The position numbers and the translations under genes are program-made. From Azolla caroliniana (taxonomy: Eukaryota > Plantae > Polypodiophyta), in NCBI GenBank assembly GCA_043228905.1, contig JBHGNT010000010.1:5456001-5520000 (forward strand): a DNA stretch of 64,000 nt, given 5' to 3'. The notes under the pieces were generated by a model. That model did not search any database. It was not told the DNA's origin and saw nothing but the letters and a program-made list of their open reading frames with translations. Positions 37,924 through 48,811 of the stretch are shown one piece after another (position 1 is the first letter of the stretch; each line of letters begins with the position of its first letter).

Positions 37924-39089
37924 TTGGACGCATGGAAAGCCCTCTTGGACCCGCCTCTCCGCGCGGTCCACCTCTTCCTTCCTTAGCCTTACCCCCGATA
38001 GGCCTTCTTGTACAAGCGGCCAAATTCCGGTTTTGCTTCCAGATACGGTGCCCTTCTCTCCGCCTACTCGAATCCCTACCGACACCAAGTAGTGAATGGC
38101 CTCGGTGTTTCGGGCCACGGATTCCTCCATTATCCTCTTCATGCCTCCTCATCTGGTGCTCACCTCGAGGGGCCTCCGCGTGTCGCACGCGTGTACCCAA
38201 ATCGGTGCACTCTCTCTGGACGTGGCCCACGGCATCACACCACATGCATCGTTGGTCATTCGGAAGCCTCCTGTCATGCGACTAGCACCTGCCATCTCTC
38301 TGGGCCTGTGCGATCTAGAGATCGCGCACCATCTTGGGTAGTTCCTCTATTGTCGCGCCACCATATGGTCCTGCAACCATGTTGGTTGGAGTCGCCCCCG
38401 ATTTGAGCCATCATCTTGTCTCCTCCGGCCGTGCCGGAATCAGTTCCTCCAGCTTCTTCCCAGCCACCAGGCCCGTTGCCAATGGACCTGCATTATTCCA
38501 ATCGCGTTGGACGCATGGAAAGCCCTCTTGGACCCGCCTCTCCGCGCGGTCCACCTCTTCCTTCCTTAGCCTTACCCCCGATAGGCCTTCTTGTACAAGC
38601 GGCCAAATTCCGGTTTTGCTTCCAGATACGGTGCCCTTCTCTCCGCCTACTCGAATCCCTACCGACACCAAGTAGTGAATGGCCTCGGTGTTTCGGGCCA
38701 CGGATTCCTCCATTATCCTCTTCATGCCTCCTCATCTGGTGCTCACCTCGAGGGGCCTCCGCGTGTCGCACGCGTGTACCCAAATCGGTGCACTCTCTCT
38801 GGACGTGGCCCACGGCATCACACCACATGCATCGTTGGTCATTCGGAAGCCTCCTGTCATGCGACTAGCACCTGCCATCTCTCTGGGCCTGTGCGATCTA
38901 GAGATCGCGCACCATCTTGGGTAGTTCCTCTATTGTCGCGCCACCATATGGTCCTGCAACCATGTTGGTTGGAGTCGCCCCCGATTTGAGCCATCATCTT
39001 GTCTCCTCCGGCCGTGCCGGAATCAGTTCCTCCAGCTTCTTCCCAGCCACCAGGCCCGTTGCCAATGGACCTGCATTATTCCAATCGCG
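37924..39089. repeat. 583-bp tandem duplication in gag
   Basis: 37924-38506 and 38507-39089 look identical, and ORF-track peptides repeat with an offset of 583. Confidence 0.95.
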
Positions 39090-40695
39090 TTGTTTTTTGA
39101 AATGGACGCAAAATCTTTTAACCATGGCCCAGTCGGTCGTGAGCCCTTCATCCTTCTCCAAGAGGAGACCCACCTTCTCGCAATTAAGCAAGTCGACCAA
39201 CTTCTCAAACATGAGAACCTTCCTCGTATCGAGCACGGTCCAGTCTAGTGTCGAGAGTTGTGCACCAACTTCTCGAATTCCTGAAGAAGCGCTGACATAT
39301 TCAGGCCTTTGACAGGGCGCTTGACCCAATCCATAAATTCTTTCTTCGTCAGCCGGAGCAAGTCGTCCGAGCCGTACCTTTCGAGGAGGCGCCCCTCGAA
39401 TTCTGCCCAGTTACGGCAATCTTCTTGCCCCTCGAGCACCTCGGCATGGATGCTAGGCATAACAACTCGAGGGAAGCAGACCAGCCATCTATCCACTGGA
39501 ATATCCCTCATCATCATTTCGGGCCGGTAAGCCTCCATGTAGCTTGTCACGTGCCATTGAACCGACTAATCGCGCCGACTATAACCTCGATGGTTCAGTC
39601 GAGGGTGTTCGTGCCCTCAAGAGCGCTCAACAAGCAGTCGACAGCCACCGCCATTGCCTCCGCAAGTTCACTTCCCCTCATTTTCTAACTCATTTTCCGC
39701 CTTGTTCACATCAGGTTCACCAATGATGTCGCGAAAATCTACGCCTGCATGTCGGATAAGGCGGGAACACGGGGGTCTTGGATTAGGCAGTAAAGGGGGA
39801 AGAACAATGTGAGAAGATTGACAAGAGAAAGAGCTAGACCAAGACAAGATTCATCAAGCTAATTCCATTATAGGGCACGAAAGCCATAGTACGATTTAAA
39901 ACTGTGGTCGTATCGGCCGGCCTCAAGCTCAACTAGAAGAAAACCTAACCGAATAGGAAGAAGAAGAAGAAGAAGAACTAAACCCAAATCAAGGGAAGAA
40001 AATGAGAGAGAGTGGAAACTAGAACCAAAACCCTAAAACGAAAATAGGGATGAGAGAAAGAAGAACTAAAATTATAAGGGTCTACCTCTAATGACAAAAT
40101 GGTGACGCGTACGCAACACACAAAGAGCAATCGGATACAATGAAACGAAATAGATTATGCAAAGAAGAGTACAACCGAACCTCCCCGGTATCAGAGCTAC
40201 GCGCTCTCAAAACACACACACACACACATAAACTCAGGACGGTGAACCTCTAGTCGGGAGCTCACGAGCTTCCTGCACAAGCAAAGACTTCACCTTCTTC
40301 CTAGACTCAGTATAGAGCACTAGACAGAGAGAGAAGAGAGAGAGTTCGGAACTCAAACCAACAGCACTTCATCCTCCCAAATCGTGGATCCCTCAAACAA
40401 TCTCAAACCTCCCCTTTTATAGAGCAAGGGGAGGTTGTTACATCACCATAAAGCCATTCGCTTTCGGGCAAAGATTTCCGGGTTGAATTTCCTCCATCGG
40501 ATATTATTCTTATTCTCTGTGCGTGTTGCCTTAAAATACCTATCGAATCACTCCTACCTAGTATTCCTCAATACTTAAACTAACACTAACTTATTTACAC
40601 ATGATTGTACAAAGACATTTCGAGTGCATCAATGCGCGCCCCGTTCATGTGTTCTCAGATACCTTTTCTACTAGTAGCCGGAATTCCTCACAGCA

Positions 40696-41675
40696 ACGTG
40701 TTGTTGAATCATGGATTGAAGATCTCAACATTAAAGATGTATAACACAGGGGATGTAGCTCAAATGGTAGAGCGCTTGCTTTGCATGCAAGAGGTACAGG
40801 GATCAATACCCCGCTTCTCCAATTGTGTCACCCCACTTCCCATTGGATCATAATGATCATGGATATATTGGATCCATCTTATGTGCATAATATTAATGGA
40901 GCATAATGACCTTCGACATATCGGATCCTCCTTTCATTTTCATAAATATAACCGCTTCTTCAATTGTGAGGGGATTGATATCCACTTCTCCAATTGTGTT
41001 ACCCCACTTCTCATTGGAGCATAATGATCATCGACATATCGGATCCATCTTACATGCATATTGAAGCATAATGACCATGGACATATTGGATCTTCCTTTC
41101 ATTTTCATGGATATAACTACTTCTTCAATTGTGTTATCTTGATACATTCAATCACCGATTGCTTCACGTTTTGTTAAACTTGGATGAAGACTTTGGCCTT
41201 AAAGAGTATGCAAGATAAGGGATGTAACTCAAATGGTACAACGCTCGCTTCACATGTGAGAGGTACGAGAACCAATACCCCCCTTTTCCAATTGTGTTAA
41301 CTTGATATGTTGCGCCTTCGATTGTTTCACGTGTTGTTGAACCGTGGATTGAAGACCCCAACATTTACGAGCACACAAGATAGGGGATGTAGCTCAAATG
41401 GTAGAGTGCTTGCTTCGCATGCGAGAGGTATGGGGATCGATACCCCGCGTCTCCAATTGTGTTATCCCACATTGGAGCGTAATGATGATGGAGTCCGACA
41501 TATCGAATCCATCTTACATACATAGTGACCATGGACATATCAGATTCCCCTTACAATTTCATGAATATAACGGTTTCTCCAAGTGTGTTATGTTGATACG
41601 TTGCGTCTCTAATTGCTTCACGAATTGTTGAACCTAAATTGAAGACATCGGCATTAAAAAACTATGCAAGACTAG
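40696..41675 (+). repeat. tRNA-Ala-derived tandem array, block 4
   Basis: Units at 40749, 41218 and 41383, a stub near 40968, and a next unit lost at the junction with the Copia. Confidence 0.93.
41383..41455 (+). tRNA. tRNA-Ala(CGC), best candidate for a functional copy
   Basis: All four stems pair when G:U is allowed: GGGGATG/CGTCTCC, GCTC/GAGT, CTTGC/GCGAG and TGGGG/CCCCG. Has G3:U70, A73 and an upstream CAA, but no adjacent T4 terminator. Confidence 0.7.
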
Positions 41676-43335
41676 GTTCACACACTAGACTAGGTTGAGC
41701 TTGATTCTCAACACGCCCCCTCAAGCTCAACTTTGGTCAGCTACTTCGGTTGATGTCCGCTTCAGCTCGTATCCGGTTTTCGCTTGTACTGCCCCTCAAG
41801 CTTGGCAAGTCCGGGACCATCAATCCAAGGTCTAGCAGGAATTGCCAAAGCTTGTCGGCTCCTAGGGCTTTGGTGAAGATGTCAGTTGTCTCAAGATTCG
41901 TAGTGATATGTTGAAGGTCGACATCGCCAGCCTGAACGCGCTCTTGAATGAAGTGATAGTGCACTTCGATATGCTTCGTGCGTGCGTGGAACACGGGGTT
42001 CCGAGCCAGATAAATATTGATCATGTTGTCGAAGTAAAGGGGAATTGGATCTTTGATGGGAAAGCCCAGATCCTTCAATATCCTCTTAAGCCATATGGCT
42101 TCAGATGCAGCCACCGCTACACCCCTGTATTTGGCCTATGTGCTCGAAAGAGTGACAGTTGGTTGCTTCTTGCTACTTCAGGATATGGCTCCACTTCCGA
42201 GGGAGAAGACGAAACCAAAGGTTGATCGTCAGTCGGCTTTGTAGCCTGGCCAGTCGGCATCTGTGTACCCCTCAAGTTGAATTGGTGTGGCCGACTTATA
42301 GAGAATGCCATAGTCCATCATTCCACTCACGTATCGTAGCACTCTCTTAGCACAATCAAAATGGATATCTCGTGGCATTTTCATGAACTGGCTACAAAGG
42401 CCAACCGGATAGCTCAAGTCTGGTCGAGTGATCATGAGGTAGATAAGACTACCGATCAGTTGTCGATACTGAGTCAACTCACACTTTGTGGTGCTAGAAT
42501 TGGCATCTAGTTTGAGGTTTCGGTCGAGAGGTGTTGCCACAAACTTGCACTCAGTCATCTCGAACTTGTATAACATGTTGAGAATGTAGTGTCGTTGGGA
42601 GATCATAATCCCAGCTGGAGTCTGAATTACCTCGATGCCAAGGAAGTACTGGAGCTCTTTCATGTCCGTCATCTTGAATTTGTTGGAAAGGAGGTATTTG
42701 ACCTTGTTGATGTCGACTAGATGCTCACCTCCAATGACCAGATCATCCACGTACAGGATGATGATGATCAGACTTTCGGAATCACTTCTTACATAGAGAG
42801 AATTATCGGATTTTGACATTCAGGAGCCAATTCGATGAAGATATTGTGTTATCTTCGAGTGCCAAGCACGTGGTGCTTGCTTAAGGACGTAGAGAGGCTT
42901 CTTGGGTCGGCAAATGGCTTTCGAATGAATGTTGGATTTGAAGCCGGGTGGTTGTATCATGTACACCTCCTCTTCTGATTCACCTTGAAGAAAGGCATTC
43001 TTGACGTCCATCTGGTGGAGGTGCCACCCTTTCGCCGTTGCAAGTGCGATCACGATCCACACAGACGTCATCTTTGCCACTAGGGCAAAGGTCTATTCAT
43101 AATCGACTCCATGTGTTTGTGTGTAGCTCTTTGCTACGAGTCGAGGTTTGTAGCGGTTGACAGAATTGTCGGCATTATACTTCACTTTGTATATCCATCT
43201 GCATCCGATTGCCTTCTTCTGGTGTGAGTGTGGGACAAGATCCCATGTCTCGTTCTTGCTGAGAGCTTGCATCTCCTCGTTTATCGCTTCGACCCATTGT
43301 GGATCTTTAGCGGCTTCGGTAATGCTCTCCTATTC

Positions 43336-44850
43336 TCAAACTGCTACCACCTTTATCATAAAGGCATAATGGTATGCCATATAATCTTTGTAGCCGAATC
43401 GGCTAATAGGATTCTTCTCACGGGTGGAGCGACGAAGGTTTTCGTATGTCGATGTAAGTGCCTTCTTAACTCTGGGTGACCTCAAAAGAGGCATATCAAA
43501 CCCATTGAACTCACTATCGAGTGAGTGAGTCGATTCGTTGCCGGTGTCTTCATATTCCAGCTTTTTGGCTTTCCCTTTGTCCATCTTTGGACTTGGCCGA
43601 CATGTGCTTTGATTTCTTGGAGGTTCTTGTGGTCCGCTCAATCTGGTTGAGATAGGACTCTCCTCGGTTATTGACCTTAGTTGATCATCGTCTGTGTTGT
43701 CGAGGTCATTCGTAGATGATTCAGGAGGAATCCGCTCGGGTTTGTACCGTGATTTTGATTCGTCAAAGATGACATCCCGACTTCCACGAACCTTCCGAGT
43801 AGAGGGGTTATAGCACTTGTACCCCTTTTGCTCCAGTGAGTATCCTACAAGGATACATTTCTCCAACTTCGGGTCGAGCTTTTGTCGCTTCTTGTTGGGG
43901 ATGTGCACGTATGCAATGGAGCCGAATATCCGAACATGTGACAGATACAGCTTCTTTCCGAAAAACTTCTTGTGCGGAGTAAGTTCTTGCACACCCGATG
44001 TCGTACACCGATTCATGAGGTATACGGCCGTGTTAGCCGCTTTTGCCCAGTACAACTTCGGCACGTGTTTTTCGTTCATCATGGCCCATGCTACTTCAAG
44101 GATGTGCCGATTCTTTCGTTCGGCCACTCCGTTTTGTTGCGGTGTGTGTCGGCAAGTGAATGCTCGTCGAATTCCTTCCTTTTGAAGATATGTTGTGAAC
44201 GCATCAAAGAAGTATTCCATTCCTCTGTCTAACCGAAGACATCGTACATGATGCCCAGTTGTCTTTTCGACTTCACTTTTGAATTTTTGGAAGTGTGTAA
44301 ACACTTCACTCTTCATCCTCATGGGAAAGATCCATGTGTATCTAGAGAAGTCGTCGATGAAGGTAACATAGTACTGACATCCTCCGAACGTAGCCGTATG
44401 TGCCAGTCCCCACACATCCGAGTGGACTACGTCCAATAGGCCTTTGCTCACGTTCCTCTCCTTCACGAACGGGTGCCGATGTTGCTTGCCTAATTGGCAA
44501 GCTTCACATACTCCTTCAATCTCTTTCTCTTTGATGGTTAGGAGACCGATGACGACTCCTTTTGATTGCATCGCCTTGAGTTTGTTGAGATTGATATGGC
44601 CGATTCTTTTATGCCATAGCTCTATGTCGGTGTCGGATTTGAGGCCCTTTGCATACATGGCCGATTTCACCTCGTTTGACTCGAGGATAAACATTCTACC
44701 TTCCCTTCGACCCCGAGCGATGAGTCGGCCTTCCTTCTCGATGAAGCAACCACCTTGGTTGAATCGAACTTGCATCCCTTGCTCCACTATTTGGCCGACC
44801 GAGACAAAATTCTTCGTTATGGTGGTACACATAATACATTTTTGATACAA
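43336..44850 (-). pseudogene. Copia GAG-pre-integrase and integrase
   Basis: LWHKRIGH...CEACQLGKQ, HSDVWG and TPQQNGVAERKNRHILE. Confidence 0.9.
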
Positions 44851-45778
44851 GTTTGTTCGCCGTCTTACCCGAATGGGACATTGCCAATATGTCGAGTAGG
44901 ATGAGTGGTGTCATCTCCGGTCTCGACATAACCGGGTCGATCCGGCTCTCATAAGTCTCGGAACCATTCTTGACGAGATGTAATATGGTTCAAAGCACCG
45001 GAGTCGACGAACCATACATCTTCCAGATTGGAGGCATTAGTCGAAGTAGAGGCCGACATAGAATTTGCTCTATGTCTCATCACAAACATTCCGCCAAGGT
45101 CTTCATAATCAGAGTTAGTGGCATAATTTGTGAGTTACCGGCTTGTGGAAGCCAACTCGCACTTCTTTTTCCGGCACTCTTCTTCATGATGGCCGATTTT
45201 TCCGCAATATCCGCATTCGATTGATTTTTGTCGACTCGAACCGGAATGGAAGCTCCCCCTTCTTCCGAAGGTTCCTCAATGGCTTCCGTCTTGTTGCCGA
45301 AATTGGGAGTTGTTCTCGTAAGTCGAACCTCCTTCGCCGCCTCGTCCTTGGCCGAAGCGGCCTCTTGCTCGGCCGCGTCCTCTTCCTCCATTCTAATGCG
45401 TGTAGAGAATGTGGCCTTCCGAGCTATTGCTCCTTGTTCGAACATTATTCTCATCAACCAATAACATAGATTGAAAATCGAAGGAGGGTGGATTCTCCAG
45501 TGCTAGTACGGCGGTCCGCATCGCGCTGAATCGTGGTGCAAGGCCGCCAAGGCATATTTGCACCATTTCGTCATCCTTCACATTGACGCTTATTGAGCCG
45601 AGTGCATCACAAAGCTCCTTGATTGTCAAGGTGTAGCTTGTGATGGACATATCCCTTTGTTGGATATTGTTCAACTCTTGGCGGGATTGAAGCTTCCTCG
45701 CGGTCGTGTTGGCGGCGAAAATCTTTCATAGATTTTCCCACGCTTCCTTCGGCATCTCGACTTCTCGAATGTAACCGA

Positions 45779-46914
45779 TGTTGTGAAGTACGAAAGCTTC
45801 ACATTAAAAGTCTACAATAAGATAAATACGTAACTAAAATAACATTTGATAATGTTTTATATATAAAGATAATATTAACAACACATATGATAATATTATA
45901 TATATGTAAAGAAAAATAATATATATATATATATAGATAAATATATTATATTACACGAACAAGAGAGGACTTGAACCAATAACCCCACCCTATGACTCTC
46001 AAATCTTACCATTTATTCTATACTAGTAATATACATAAAATAAAGCATACTTTATATATACTTTATATTACATAAAGGATTTGCTTCATGATATAAAAAT
46101 AAAGTTGTATGTTGTATTCAATAGTATTTTGAGACTCGAAACCACAACCTCATACACCAAAGTCAACACACCTACCATTAGGCTAGGCCCTTTAAGATTA
46201 TATTTTCATGTTTATTGTTATTACATATATTGTTTCATACATAAAAGCTCAAATGAGCGAGATGTTTATCATGCATCACATGTAATGCATGAACGCCAAA
46301 TGGCGATCATGCATCACATGCATTTCATGCACTACATGCATGACTTGTACCCTCCAATGCATCATATGCATGGGGGCACCTATTTAAATGGTGAAAGAGA
46401 AGATCAAAAGGGAATAGGTATGAGATATCAATCAAATTATGTATTACATAAGAGATACCATAAAAATAGAGAAAGAAGGGAAGAAGTTTAACATAAACAT
46501 GGAGCTCTAGCTTGGCGGTTGTGGTGGTCAACTTTCAACAAGAGGGAGGCGGTTCGAGCCTTATCTTCATCAAAATATTGAAGTGAAGATTGTAGTGGTC
46601 TACGATCAAGAAAGAGAAGAGCGATTACCTTGTAAGACAAAGTTCGGAGATTCAACGACGTGCACAATCATTTTGTAACTCTTTCATGAAAATGATTATA
46701 AATTTCATACACTTTCTCATATAGTAGTTTATATCTTATCTTGTCTTATCTTATATTCCTTAAAAATCCTATTTTGTCATATCTTATTGATCTCTATTCA
46801 CTCCATTTCTACTCTTTCGTCTCTTCCGTCCATAATCCCAGTGATTCCTTCCTCACTTTCACGTTATCCTTTGTGTGCGCAACGCTACGCTTCTAGGCGA
46901 GCCACGTCACGACA
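45779..46914 (+). mobile_element. Solo LTR (AT-rich family) inserted in the Copia gag
   Basis: Termini TGTTGTGA...TCACGACA. 4-bp TSD CCGA/CCGA. Excision restores the gag frame HDHMLG/YIREVE. The + orientation is inferred only from CTATTTAAAT at ~46380. Confidence 0.85.
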
Positions 46915-47371
46915 CCGAGCATGTGGTCGTGAACACATGTCGTCAAGAAATACATTACTTGACTCGCCACTTGCTCCCATGTTGCATAGTCGGCGTCTTT
47001 CGGGTCGGGCCGGTTTTCTTGTGCTCCTTTGATGTAGCTCCAATAGCCTTGACCAACAAGGTATTGATGCATCTTGTACTCCCAAGATGCGAAACTGTTT
47101 CGGTCCAACTTCTCACTAGGGAGAGCGCTCCCCATTTGAGTATTCATGGTGTTGGATGTAGATTTCTTCTTTCTTCTTCTCTCTTGAATAGGAGTTATGT
47201 AGTCGCACTACGATAGCGAAGATCAAGCTCTTCTTGAACGTCGGCGTAGAGCTCAACACACACGGATGGGCGAGATCAAGCAACCAAACCGCTCTGCTAC
47301 CATATAAAGAATCGATGGTGATTCTTGTGCAACGGAATAGACTAGAGATATGTGTTGTGAGTGTGTATGTG

Positions 47372-47408
<37 letters not shown>

Positions 47409-47706
47409 CAAGATAGATAGATTTGAACAACAATAGAATACTCAAGACGATGTATATTACAAAGGAGATTAACCAAACTAATTACAAAGTAGGTGGAGAG
47501 TGCTTTATATAGTCACTCTCTCTGTTCATTAACTACCGAAGCTCATGGGTCATGGGGAATGTGAAAACTCATTAGTTATGTGTCATAGAATATGATTCTA
47601 GGACACATAGTTAATGTGTAGATAAGAGTGGTGACTTTTGACCTTTGAGTGCACACTCTCAAGGGTGTGTTCACACACTAGACTAGGTTGAGCTTGATTC
47701 TCAACA

Positions 47707-48811
47707 TTGTTGAACCATGGATTGAAGACTCAACATTAAAGAGCATGCAAGACAGGGAATGTAGCTCAAATGGTAGAGCGCTTGATTCGCATGCGAGAGG
47801 TACGAGGACCGATACCCCACTTCTCCAATTGTGTTACCCCACCTCGCATTAGAGCACAATGATCATGGACATATCGGATCCATCTTATATGCATATTGGA
47901 GCAAAATGACCATGGACATATCGAATCCTCCTTTCATTTTCATGAATATAACCGCTTCTTCAGTTGTGTTATCTTGATACGTTTCGTCTCCGATTGCTTC
48001 ACGTATTGTTGAACTTGGATTGAATACTTCGGCATTAAAGAGTGTGCAAGGTAGGCGTTGTAGCTCAAATGGTAGAGTGTTGGCTTAGCATGCATTATCT
48101 CTATATGTTGCATCTCTGATTGCTTCACATGTTGGTGAACCGTGGATTGAAGACCTTGGCATTAAAGAGTGGGCAATACATATGATATAGCTCAAACGGG
48201 TGCGCTTGGTTCGCATGTGAGAGGTATAGGGACCGATACCCCCCCTTTTCCAATTGTGTTATCTTGATACGTTGCGTCTCTGATTGCTTCACATGTTGTT
48301 GAACCAGGTATTGAAGACCTTAACATTAAAAACTATGGAAGAGAGGGGATGTAGCTCAAATGGTAGAGCACTTTCTTTGCATGTGAGAGGTACGGTGATC
48401 GTTACCCCACTTCTCCAATTGTGTTACCCCACTTCGCATTGGAGCATAATGATCATGGAGTCTGACATATCGAATCCATCTTATATGCATAGTGACCATG
48501 GACATATCGGATCCTCCTTTCAATTTCATGAATATAACTGCTTCTCCAATTGTGTTATCTTGATACGTTGTGTCTTCGATTGCTTCATGTGTTATTGAAC
48601 CTAGATTGAAGATATCGGCATTAAAAACTATGCAAGACAGGGGGTGTAGCTCAAATGGTAGAGCGCTTGCTTCGCATGCGAGAGGTATGGGGATCGATAC
48701 CCCACTTCTCCAATTGTGTTACCCCACTTTGCATTGGAGCATAATGACCATGGACATATTAGATCCATTGTTTATGCATTGGAGTATAATGACCAATGAC
48801 CATGGACATAT
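47707..48811 (+). repeat. tRNA-Ala-derived tandem array, block 5 (array end)
   Basis: Units at 47755, ~48054 (partial), ~48182, 48345 and 48640. Array similarity stops near 48811. Confidence 0.93.
48640..48712 (+). tRNA. tRNA-Ala(CGC)-like array copy, near intact
   Basis: Cloverleaf intact except U6:U67. T-stem is TGGGG/CCCCA. Confidence 0.62.

Larger units (their letters stand above)
16529..40695 (-). mobile_element. Ty3/Gypsy LTR retrotransposon without chromodomain, tRNA-Trp primed, decayed, host to nested insertions
   Basis: LTRs at 16529-17348 and 39727-40695. PPT complement at 17349-17359. PBS TTCACATCAGGTTCACCA at 39705-39722. TSD ATGT/ACGT. On the minus strand the order is gag (~37850-39700), protease region (~36740-37850), RT (~24274-25570), RNase H (~18540-19133) and integrase (~17400-18540). 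Confidence 0.9.
41676..47706 (-). mobile_element. Ty1/Copia retrotransposon, decayed, 3' LTR mostly deleted
   Basis: 5' LTR at 47303-47706. PBS TGGTAGCAGAGC at 47291-47302. Gag is split by a solo LTR. Integrase ORF at 43336-44850 and RT/RNase H at 41737-43300. Only 38 bp of the 3' LTR remain (41676-41713), next to the PPT complement. Confidence 0.92.

Noticed and set aside
46081-46491. His/Met-rich 136-aa ORF
   Set aside because: It comes from ATGCAT-rich repeats within a solo LTR.
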